From the NCBI GenBank assembly GCA_020536535.1, contig JAHLWZ010000011.1, positions 1 to 48,066 of the forward strand: a stretch of 48,066 nt of DNA, given 5' to 3'. The position numbers were made by a program, and so were the translations under genes. The notes under the pieces were generated by a model. It saw only the letters and a list, made by a program, of their open reading frames with translations, searched no databases and was not told the DNA's origin. Positions 1 through 11,600 of this stretch are shown here, piece after piece. Each line of letters starts with the position of its first letter. The stretch's first letter is position 1. The DNA comes from Pelomyxa schiedti. Its lineage: Eukaryota > Protista > Evosea.

Positions 1-635
1 GACTGTGCCGGGGGGATGGGGCAGTTTCTGGAACAAAAACTGATAACTGAAGGTTATCTAGTTCATGGTACTGATGGAGAAATAAATATGGTGATTGCTA
101 TGTTAAACTACATACTTCATCATCTGCTTGGTCTTCATCGTTGGAATACTGTAAACAATAGTTAAGAAGGTAGTGATAAAGAAAAAAGGGGAGAGGGGAA
201 TTCAACATTGGCGATGGCAATGAGTAAATCGCCACAAAGAATGTGCAACTGCCTCATCAGGTAGCAATAGTTGGCAATAGGCATGTTAAACAGCAGTGAT
301 TCTATATCTTCCTTGCTGATGTGGTCATTGACCTGTGTTAATTTAGCAGTGTTAACAAGGGTAATTACAGGACTGCACAATTTCAGGGAACGCTATCAAG
401 GAAGACAGCAAGGCAGTGTTGTTACCCTTTATCCTGTCACGCTTTAGGTATGTGCAGATGGCATCAGCAACTGCGTGCATATGCCGCTTTTTGTCAATTG
501 GGGCTTCCATTACCTTTTTTTTTTTTCCCTTAGTCATTCTCTCATTCCCCTTGATGGAAACCTCTTTCAGCTTTTCTGTTACTGTGGATTGCAATTTTTC
601 TGATGGAGTCATGTCATACTCACTGGGCATCCCTA
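1..635 (-). repeat. Near-identical second copy of 3410..4044 (3' exons of the minus-strand RNF213-like gene); probable allelic/assembly duplicate next to a gap
   Basis: Colinear match with a handful of differences, mostly in predicted introns (incl. T12 vs T13 run), plus one conservative I/L change (MPIANY vs MPLANY); ends exactly at the N gap. Confidence 0.9.
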
Positions 636-735
636 NNNNNNNNNNNNNNNNNNNNNNNNNNNNNNNNNNNNNNNNNNNNNNNNNNNNNNNNNNNNNNNNN
701 NNNNNNNNNNNNNNNNNNNNNNNNNNNNNNNNNNN
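636..735. other. Scaffold gap (100 N)
   Basis: Run of N. Confidence 1.
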
Positions 736-2134
736 CACACAGCACCCAATTCAGCTGGGAAGTTTCTTGCCTTGGCATATTTATGGTCTTGGTACTGGCG
801 CTCACCAAGGTGAAGCTTGGTGTGTGCATCAATGGTCCCAATAAGACTAGAAGTTATCCACTCTATGGAACTCCTCTGCTTTGCAGATTCTCTGGAACAG
901 CGGAGATCAAGAGCCCCTCTATTCCCAAAGTTAACAAATTTGGACAAACACTGCCCTCACTCTCGCCTGTTTTACCTGGACCCATCTATGTATGCATGGA
1001 GATTGGTAAGGTGCTCATGTCCAATTCCATAAAAAAAGCAAAATGCTGCTCGCACACAGTCCTCCCTGTGTTGACTGGTGTCAAAACGAAGGGAAATTGA
1101 AAATAGAGATCGTAATGGAAATGAGAGTGAGGGGATAACGGAAACACCTTGAACATGTACATGTGGTGAGTGAAATTTTTGCAGTTTTTCCACCAAGTAT
1201 GTATCTTGTTCAGCTTTTATTTTGGAGTGTAGTTTCACTCGGTGTTGTTCAATTTCAGCAGGAGTAAAAGCTGTCACACAATTCCTCAGGCAGCACTGTA
1301 TTACAGCTTGAGCGGCGCACGTTGCTGACATGGGTGGTACCCCTCTTAAAGTACTTTTTAAAAAGTAACAGTAAAAAGTAGGTAGATCTACCTTGTAGAT
1401 GGATCTGCAACATTGCATTGTCCGATGTGGCTTTCCATACAGATCTCTTTCAATGTCCCTGAAATGATGTTAATCCAAAAGTAGAAAGTACATGTCAGAA
1501 AAAGTGTGGGGTCTGAAAAGTGCCCAGAGGTTTCTATGTCCACAACATTCACCACACAGAAAACCGCCTTTAATGTTTGCAGTAAAAGCCAAGCAGAAAA
1601 ACCAAAGCAAAACGAAATACAACGCAAACATAAATGAAGAATACTAAACCAAGGCTCTCTTTGGACAAGGAGGTGCCCCAGGGAGAGCGCTCAAGCAAGA
1701 TCAAGCATACTGAGAAGGAGATGTCAGACCTGTATGTACAGTCGCACTCTCTTTCTGTTGTTAAGCATTAATGGCTAGGAATGAAGTGACAAAAACGACA
1801 GTACAAACTGCTAAAGATAGTTTGAAGCACAAAGTCGAGGTGATGGCAGCTGAGGAAATGGCCCGGATAACCTCAAAGTATTTTCACGATGCCACATCGA
1901 CTGAGATGGACAACATTGGCTCCGCAGTATTTCACGGCACTATTAGGCTGGTGGAAATGGCCACAGGTACACCCACACAACGATATGTGACTCTGTTGAT
2001 GTGCCAACAACAAATGTGTATGTGTTGCCATGTGGTCTACGTCGATAAGGCAACACGGCCATTGTGTAGTGCATGGTACTCCAGTTGGTCTTCACACCGT
2101 CGTTTGAAACAGTAAGCCGATGCGTTTTAAACAT
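736..2134 (-). CDS. Multi-exon hypothetical protein, 3' end lost in the gap
   Basis: ATG at 2134 and a chain of open minus-strand segments (e.g. GHFLSCHHLDFVLQTIFS|KRECDC..., GVPPMSATCAAQAVIQCC..., FDTSQHREDCVRAAFCFF..., KFVNFGNRGALDLRC...) separated by short GT..AG stretches; no family recognised; exact model uncertain. Confidence 0.5.
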
Positions 2135-2454
2135 CGCGGGTGATTGGATGGTAAAACAATTCCGATAGCTTCAATTGATCGAAACATCGAGTCTAAAAAA
2201 GTAACCCTGCTAAAGGTCGATTTTTTATTTCCTCCTCAGTCGGTGGTGGTGTTCGGTGGTTACGGCGCTTAGCACCACAGATACTAGGGATTTGTGTTGG
2301 GTCAAGGTGGACTACGGTGCTTGTGTACCCCAGCCACGCACGCCGCGTTGCCGGATTTGCGACAGTTGAAAGAGGAAAAAAAAAGCCCCTTCCCCTAATG
2401 ATCAGTTATTCTTTTTTGGAGAATTTAGCAATAGGGGTGTGCTGTGCAGACAAT

Positions 2455-2515
2455 CGAATATCGACTTCGAATATTGGTTTTTATCGAATATAGTATTCGA
2501 TCTAGTCGATATTCG
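2455..2515. repeat. TCGA-rich nested inverted repeat (possible MITE relic)
   Basis: Perfect 12-bp arms CGAATATCGACT (2455-2466) / AGTCGATATTCG (2504-2515), inner TCGAATA/TATTCGA pairs; six TCGA sites in ~60 bp. Confidence 0.75.
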
Positions 2516-2686
2516 CCCATCTTTGCAGTGCACTACGATGCGAGAAGGTTTGATTGGGCAATAGCAGACTCACCAACCAGTACAGTTACAAATGAACCGT
2601 TGCTAGGTAGGGTAGGACAGAAAAAATTTCAAAACTGATTGTATTCCAAAATTACTCCCAGTCACCATCCAAGGTACAGTGATAAA

Positions 2687-5600
2687 TTACAATCCTTGGA
2701 GGGAACGCTCCAGGTCCTTCACTAATATGGTTCCTTCATCCGCCAAGGAGAGCATCTGTGTGTCCAGGTCCATGCCGTCGTTGCTCAGGGTGTCAGCCAG
2801 CTGTTTAATCCTGCCCATAATCCTGTTGGCTTCAGTCAAGTTATGTCCGCCGCCCAGCGCGGAATGGAAGTCGCGGTGCAGCTGCTCTGCCTCTTTGCAG
2901 TGCTGGCTCTCCACGGAGTCCATGGTGGCAACAACTTCGGAATATGACGCGTGGAACGAGGTGAATCTGGCGCAGAGCGATTGGAACTCGGGAAGAGCCT
3001 GCAGCTGCGGATTCACGATTGTGGCACGCAGTGTCAGGTTGATGTTGAGCAGTGCTTCGAAGTTGTTGTGGATGCTCTGAATGCTGGCCTGAATGCCATC
3101 GTATTCCTCTTTCTCGTGTTTCATGAAGTCTATAACTTGTGGGTCTTCAGCTGGTGGTGGGAGTGGAACCGGAACTGGAACAACTGGAACCGGAACCGGT
3201 ACTACTGGTGTTGGCACTGGAGGTTGTGGCAATGGCTCTGGCACTGCTGGTGCTGGATCCAGCACTGGTTGCAAGGTTGCTTCTGAATCAGGACCTATTT
3301 TGGTTGTTGGTATCGTTGGGTGCGTTGCTATGTATTGAGTTTTACACCCTATTCAGTAAAATACCTAGGGCATTCATAAACAGACAGGTGTAATGATCTG
3401 ATTTGGGTGGACTGTGCCGGGGGGATGGGGCAGTTTCTGGAACAAAAACTGATAACTGAAGGTTATCTAGTTCATGGTACTGATGGGAGATAAGTATGGT
3501 GATTGCTATGTTAAACTACATACTTCATCATCTGCTTGGTCTTCATCGTTGGAATACTGTAAACAATATTTAAGAAGGTAGTGATATAGAAAAAAGGAGA
3601 GAGGGGAATTCAACATTGGCGATGGCAATGAGTAAATCGCCACAAAGAATGTGCAACTGCCTCATCAGGTAGCAATAGTTGGCAAGAGGCATGTTAAACA
3701 GCAGTGATTCTATATCTTCCTTGCTGATGTGGTCATTGACCTGTGTTAATTTAGCAGTGTTAGCAAGGGTAATTACAGGACTGCACAATTTCAGGGAACG
3801 CTATCAAGGAAGACAGCAAGGCAGTGTTGTTGCCCTTTATCCTGTCACGCTTTAGGTATGTGCAGATGGCATCAGCAACTGCGTGCATATGCCGCTTTTT
3901 GTCAATTGGGGCTTCCATTACCTTTTTTTTTTTTTCCCTTAGTCATTCTCTCATTCCCCTTGATGGAAACCTCTTTCAGCTTTTCTGTTACTGTGGATTG
4001 CAATTTTTCTGATGGAGTCATGTCATACTCACTGGGCATCCCTATAAAAAGCCACTGTTTAGCTTTGTACTTAGTAAGAACCGTCATGGAGATATCGCCA
4101 ATTGTAGCAAATTTCTGATTGCGCAGCAAAGTGAGAGCTCTTGGAATTGGTTTATTTGGGATAAGGTCTAGCCAAATTTGTGCAAGAGTGTGTTGTTCAT
4201 GGTGGGTGGTTGGTCGGTGGTGCAAGTCTCTTTGAAAGTTTTCCAGTAGTTGGGTAAGCAGCTGCATCAATTCTCGTATCTGCTCCTCACTCTCACCTGA
4301 TTTCAAGGTTCAAGTGATAATTCATGGAATTTTCTCTTTACCTTGAAGAGCTCTTTCAAGGGTAGTGTAAATAGAAGGAGAGAGCTGTGTCTTAAAAGTA
4401 GGTGCCAACCTGGCCAAGTTTAAATTCGATGGTACAAGTCAAACATTAGGAAACAAACAGGTTAATTTCCCTATGCATTCTGTATTCCATTTTATCTTGC
4501 CCTTTCCATTTAGGTGCCTACATATGTTTATATTTACTACAAAGGATCAGTAGTAACCAGAATGGGAACGGTATTGTCAGGAAGGTCCATTGGGAAGGCA
4601 ACTCGCATGCTGTCAACTTCATTGAGTGTACATTTGTCAGCCAGGTAGTGGCTAATTATCTGATCGGCAATGTATGGAAGAAGGAAAAAAAGAACGGGAA
4701 TACAAATCGGGTAAGGGCGTTTTCTTCAAAATTGATGTTACTTTTGGTTCCATCTTGTAGTTTCAAATGGGCAACCGTTATTCTACCCAGATCAAAGCAG
4801 TTTACAGAAATAAGCAATTCTTATGATATTATTACACTGTATCCCAGAGAGTGGACATACGAGAGGCAGCATTTGGGATCGCCTCCACATTGTAGTAGGT
4901 TGCTTTGTTGTTATTTTCAAAAGTGAAGCCATAGGGATTTAGAACATCTATAAAATGTGATTGATATTCATGATAGGTGACCAGATACCACTATCACAAG
5001 CTTTCCGAAGTTCAACAAGAGTATTTTGAATTCTGGACATTTCTTTTATAACTGAGAAAATAAGGTCACCATGACCTCTCTGGGGCAAGCTAACTAACTC
5101 AGCCAATGATGTAGACGGAGCAATTTCCGGTATTTTAATTCTATGGCACTTATTTAGAAGGAAAACGTAGTGGAAAAAGAGACATACGCTATTTGATAGA
5201 AGGCACTATGTACCTCTTTCCATGCATTCAAAAATTTCTTGTGATTGGAAAGGATGCAATCAGATGCACCAGGGTTATTTTGTATTACCCAGTTAATACA
5301 TTCACTGAAGGGGGCGTGAAGATATTCTCCTAGTGAATACAGTTAAAATTTTGATAGGTCTCTGGCAGGTACCGTTCAAGACTGGAGCAAACATCGAGTT
5401 GAGCATTTGATAGAATACCACAAACAGGGGCAAATGCCCCAAAACCTGTAGGACTGGAATATTTGTATAAAAATATCCCAAAAGAGTTGTTGGAAGAAAT
5501 TTCCTTCTAGCAATATCACAAAGCTCATCACATCCAAAAAGGCAACTAAGAAGAGTATCTTTATGTGAACGATAATCTTGGAGAATGTTGAACGCCGCTG

Positions 5601-8600
5601 TTCCCTTTGTGTTAGGATGAATTTTGGAATCAATAAAGAAAGGTTTCTCTACTTGTGGTATTTTCCTAATAAAATACGTGAGATTGGAGAAGAAAATATA
5701 AGTGGTTACAAATCGGCAATCCCCAATAGTGATAGTGATTTACTGTCTTGCAGTAGTGCCACCAGAGTTTTCTCTTCCCTAATTGACTTCAAGAAAAAGG
5801 TGCGACTGTTCTGTAGAAAAGAGGTTGGGTGCAATAACTGGATAAGAAGTAAGAGAACGGAAATCTTATAGAAAAGGAAACCTGCTCCACAACATGTAGC
5901 AGCTCAGGCTTCACTTTTTGAATCTGCATAAACAAGTTTTCGGTTCCACTTAGCACACCAGCAACAAGTTTGAGAAGAATGGTTGAACAGGCTGCCTTCT
6001 TGATTTGCGATAGAATATCCCCTATTTGCCATTTCAGTAAAAATGCCAACATTAACTGGAGTGCCTTGAGTGAGGCTAGTTAGGAGCTGCCAGGCTTCAT
6101 CCATAGTCTTGATAGGAATAATTGCCTTTTGCTTTGAATTGTAATTGGATACAGGATCCATTGTGTGGAGGAAAAAGTGGTAAATCCAGAACTCAGTAGG
6201 CAACAAACTTGGTGGAGGAGAACGTGACATAACATTAGGAGAAAATGCATATGTGTTGTCACTCACTGCCGGTTTAGTTTCAGTAATTACCTACTAAGTA
6301 TGAAATAAAGAGAAGGTGATTAGCAACTGACTTGTGCTGCTAATTGTAACAGCTCCTCGGTGCATTTCTCTGGTTTAGATTCCACCCACATAAAAAGGAA
6401 GTTGCTCATCCAGTTATTCTCAGACAGTTTAGCACAGTAATCTTTCAATTTTGGGTTTCCATTAAAGTCTGGGAGAGTTTTGTTGTTCATCTATTCTTTA
6501 TATTAGTGTGACAGATGAATTTAATGAGTCTGACATGAAGAAATGTTATCAAATTCTCTTTCATTTCATTTCTCAAGGACTGGGTTTCATTGCTTTGAGT
6601 CATAAAATAGTCAATTACATCTCGCAGGAAGTGGATACTGCTTTCTGATGCTTGGCTTACAGGCACAGGAAGAAAATGAAGAGCCAGCAATACACCATTT
6701 AAAAGGATTGAAGTAGCTTTATATGTAGTGGAAACAAATTCCTCAAGGCATTGGAGTAAGTGCTTATTCTGTGTGAATGCAAAGGATTCTGTGGCTGAAG
6801 AACATTGACAGAGAAAACTGAAAACAACATGCATTGCATCCAGCCTTTGCAATGTGTCAATGTGGGTTGATAGAAATCGGGAAAGATCCTTTCGAGGCAG
6901 TAAGGTTGAAAAGAAGGAACGGCACACTTGACCCCAGTTAACAATACTCTCTATGTTGCTACAATCTCTCCCAAAAAGCCCAACTGTAAGCCTTTTCCAT
7001 AAAAATTCCGTACTCAAGTCAGCGATCCAGTTCTGAACATCAATCAATTTATTGAGTTTAGGCATATCCATATATCTGTGAAACTCCTGGTTTGTGAGAG
7101 GAGGATTCAACAGTTGCAGTGGGGTCACAAGTTCTTTGAAATACCAAATTTCCTTCTCAAAAAACCATTTTATGACGAACAGAAGTGGTACATCCATGAA
7201 TAAAGACATTTTGCAGACCTCAAGAGATTTTATAATAAGATCTACAAAGCGCCGCCATCTATTTTGAACTTCTTCAGTTGATCCAAGTGTTCCAACACGA
7301 CAGGAGAATTCTGAGAAGTGAAGAGATGACATTTTCATCGTTCTTGTTACGAAATCTTCTTGAAATGCTGTAAACAAATATTGTGTGCCTAAGTGTTCCA
7401 CAAGTGTTTGGATGGCAGGGTTTCCTTCTATAAGTTCAAGCATTCTCCCATGAAGATCAAGTTGTGAAAACGGCTTATGACATAAATCTCGAACTGCCTT
7501 CAACATTTGCATATTGATAAGATTGGAAATGACGTCATAGAAGGGGAGCTTTGAAGGAAAGTTATATGTCTTGGAAATAACTAGTGACAGACTATGGGTA
7601 TTAGAGGTGAGGTCCTCCTTGCTGAGCTGAGGGATTGGAATGGCACAATATGTTCTATGAACCAGCTCCTGGAGTTTTGCAGTCTCAGGGTCACTAAACA
7701 TGTTCATGATAGGGTTTAACCCAAAAGAAGACAGCATCATCTGTAGAATGGAACCCACTAAAGGAGCCATGAAATGGGACAGAGAAGATAAAATAGCACC
7801 AACCAAGCTGACAACAGAAGAGCCTTTAGAAATTTCTGTACCAGCCTCTGCAACAACGGAGTTAAGGAAACCTAGGCCCCAAGACCTGCTAAATTGGTGT
7901 ATGATGCCTATACACATTTCTGGGTGTTGCTCAAATAGGGTTTTGAGGATCTCATATCTTCGTTTCCATTGTGGATGCTGCAGGGCCACAGCAGTACTTT
8001 GGTCTCCATAGAAAGATTTAGCTTCAACGGAATCAAGGACAGAGGGACAGGAGTTAAGTCCACTGCCAGACATAAATCGGCAGAAGTGCTGAAGCAGCTC
8101 AAAGAACGACTTACTAAACATACCAGTTTCTTGATCACTATTGCTTAACTTACAATTCTCACCATCATTCAGTGTTAGCTGAAATGCATTGGCCATTAGC
8201 CACTGGGGGTCTGGTGCCATGGAGACAGTGCGGCTTAAAGGGGAAACTGCAATTCCCAGTGTGTCGATGTATATAAAATCCCAATTGTTGAGGAAAACTG
8301 CGTCGTAGGGACTCTCTCTTCTGATCCCAGCCTCAGGGGGGAAATGGACTAGGACCACAGCAAGTTGAATACCCGTGTTGGTGTCTGTATCTCTTTTTGC
8401 AGAATTCCAGGCTTCATCAATCTCATTTCTCAGGAAATTGATTTGCTGAGGGGAAATGATAGCCAAATCAGCAAGGCACAACAGCAACCTCTTCCTGTTT
8501 GAAGAACGGAATTCCTTCACTTTTAGGGTGCACTGCTGGCTGGAGAGTACCTCACGCATATTTATAATTTCCAGATACTCATCAGCTTTTGCAGCTGGGT

Positions 8601-11600
8601 CTACAGGGTTAATGTCTGTGAGGATTTCAGATATTTTGTCTTGTAAGTGCTTGTCAGTGGGTAATTGGAGTAGTTCAGCACTGGTGCGAGTGAATACTCC
8701 CCACTTAGAACAAAGTGCTCTTCCAGAACTTCTTTCACAAATCAGCTGCTTTAGAAACCTGAAGACTGAAAAGTGTTCCTGCTGTAAGAAGTAACAACGT
8801 TTGTATCTCTTTGGCAACTTGGGACAGAAGACAATCTGCTCGGGTCTTGCCAACTGAAGAATGTGAAGGTTAACTTTGGTTATGTATTGCTGCATGTTCC
8901 GTTCCCAGTGGTTATCTTCAAACTTAGGACTGGTAAGGGAATCAGAGTCTCCAAAGAGCGGCGGGAAAGCAGGGATAAGTTCATCAATATTCTCTTCTGT
9001 TGAGTTCCCCTGGTGTGTACTCAGTTTCACTGTCTGCTGCAGCACTGAAAAAATAAAAGAACTTGCAGTTTCATTGGCTGCCACGCCATAAAATAACCGG
9101 GAGTTACAGCTATCAGTATGTAATTTCTGGATCATGTGTTCCGCACCTCTCTGAAGAACTGCATATGGAGGTAAAGGGTGTGAATGACCTGAGGAAATGA
9201 AGGTCCTTAGAGGGAATGCCAAAAGTCGTTCAAACAAAGCGTCGTCAATCCCGAGACAATATTTTTCAAATCTATTCAGCAGCGGTGTTGGAAGGCTCTG
9301 CAAAGATGACTTGGGTACGTGAACAATTACTCTGAAGTTGTCATGCACCACACAAGGTTGAGAGAATGTTCCAGCAGCAAGGTTGGCAAAGCAAACCCGT
9401 GAGCTTGTGTTTGGAGCCTTGGAAACATCACGTTTATTCTTAGGCATGATTGTGTAGTGGCGGTTGAAAACATCATAAAACGAACTGTGAACACTAGTGG
9501 AGTTGACAAGTACAATTGTAGTACCAAGTTCCATTGCTATTTTCACTTTCTCCACTACTTCAGCTTTTACTCTTTGGTCATTGTCACCTGGAAAATCCCC
9601 AACGTAGCATATAGTTGTTTGGTTACGATCACATAGGCCTAGATCAAAAAGTAGAGCTACGGCGACTTCGTTTTCCGTTGGGTCAAGCTAAGACACAATT
9701 GAGAAAACTCTTTAAACGGTGGGTGCATACAAGCATTATGTAACGAAATGGAGCTGTATTAGGATCCTCCAAATCTGTCAACTTCTCAGAAAGACTCTCT
9801 TTGATTGTATTTATCTCTGTTCTACGTCCAGCAGGCAACTGACCCCACAATAACGTATTATTCGATTTAAGTGCGTGATTGATATGGTCAATGAAATTTG
9901 CAACAAGGCAATCAAAGTGACGCTGGTCCAAACCTCCAAAATTTCTTTTCAATCCAGCAATAACCTTGTGCTCTGTAAGGTCAAAAGAGAGTCCATCTGC
10001 TGTGAAACAGTGCTTGCGGAGATACCGCAAGAAGTAGACGAAGTCACGAAGGTGAAAGAATCTTTGTGGGTATGGAGAGCCATAGAATTTCACTACTTCT
10101 TCCTGGTATGCCACACACAGTTGGGCAAGTACATTCTGTACAGTGGAGTCTGGCTTATCTCCAAATATGCAACCTTGTTTTAGAAAAAATCAGTTGACAG
10201 CCCCGTTTTATTTCGAAAAAAAGAAGCTAAACCTTCAGCTAGTCTCTGCAAGTCAGTAAGAGGAGGTTCGCTTTGCAGCAGCATCAATGTCCTATTGGTC
10301 TTGGCTTCATCCAGAATTCGATTAGATAACAAAACTGATGAAACTTTTGGGTGATCAAGCTTGAAGTGTAGAATCTACAGTACAGATGTAATAAAGGAAC
10401 ATTATCAAACAAGCACAGTACCTTCAGTGGCGATAGTTCCTCTGAAGGTAAACCGACTTCATCCAAAAGAACAGCACAAAGTTCTCTGGAAGTTGAAAGA
10501 AAGGACTTCTGCCGGTGAGTTGCAGATTTGTACATGGACTGTATTTCAGAATCAGTGGATTGTTCACTGCATTGGTATCGAAATGGTTGTATATGATGCA
10601 AAGATCTGTAAAAATCAGAAGGTGAAGTTGTTCCTTTCATGTTATCAACTGCCACAGTGAAACTTAGTGTTTTTGAACAACCCCTACTGGGAGATCAAAA
10701 ACAAAAAAGGAAAAAATGAGTGTTCATCATACGGGGGCCCAACAATGACAAGAGGAATTCTAGAATCCAGACATACAACTGTGCAGAATAGATTCTCCAT
10801 GAAAGTATTTGTTTTAGCAATCCCGGCAGGAAGAACTGTGTTTTTACACAACTTTTCTAAGACAGCATGTGTATAATCAGACCATCTTGCTAAGTAGAGG
10901 GGAGCATTTGTGAAGTGTGCATTAGTGAAGTCTATAAGTGCCTTCTCAAATTGTTCCCTTGTCCAAGGTGTGTTTTCACGTGATGTTTCATGAAGCGGCT
11001 GTGACTTCGGCAGATTACCTAAGGCCTGTGTGTGTTGCTGAACAAAAGTGGTAGATGGAAGCCGGAAGTAGTATGTCATTGTTATGGAGAGAGCCTTTGT
11101 GAAATTTAGGTAGATCATTTAAGAGACGGAACTACCAGTGCCTGCCAATGGCATTCTTTTTCATGCAAGGAAAGAAAGTTTGGAGTTTCGGGAGCAGGTA
11201 GATTGGTCATAAACTGTGGGTGACTGCTGAAATAGCAATAAAGATCAACAGCACGTACAATATCACGTATAGTTGCTGTTACCCTGTGAATTCTTGCATT
11301 TTTAATGAAATCTTGCCCCATTAAAATGAGGGGTGTAAGCTGTTGGGTGACGAAATTTTTTCCAGGAAAACGGTTGGATATCAAGCCTTCTGTGAAGCTT
11401 TCTTCTTGTAGCCTTGTTAACTTTCCAAAATCCACAATTATCTTTTCCATTGAGAGTGGAGGAGCTCGGACAGCAAAAGATTTTCCTGAGAGTTTAGACT
11501 CTCTTCCAATGAAATTGAACTGGGTGTGAGCTTTGGTAGGCTCTACAGTGTCCATGTTCTTGTTTAGAGCAGCAACGAAGAAGATATCCTGGGGAAGATC

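Noticed and set aside
3922-3970. Apparent frameshift (T13 vs T12) between the duplicated segments
   Set aside because: The run lies in a predicted intron that has a positional equivalent in paralog A.
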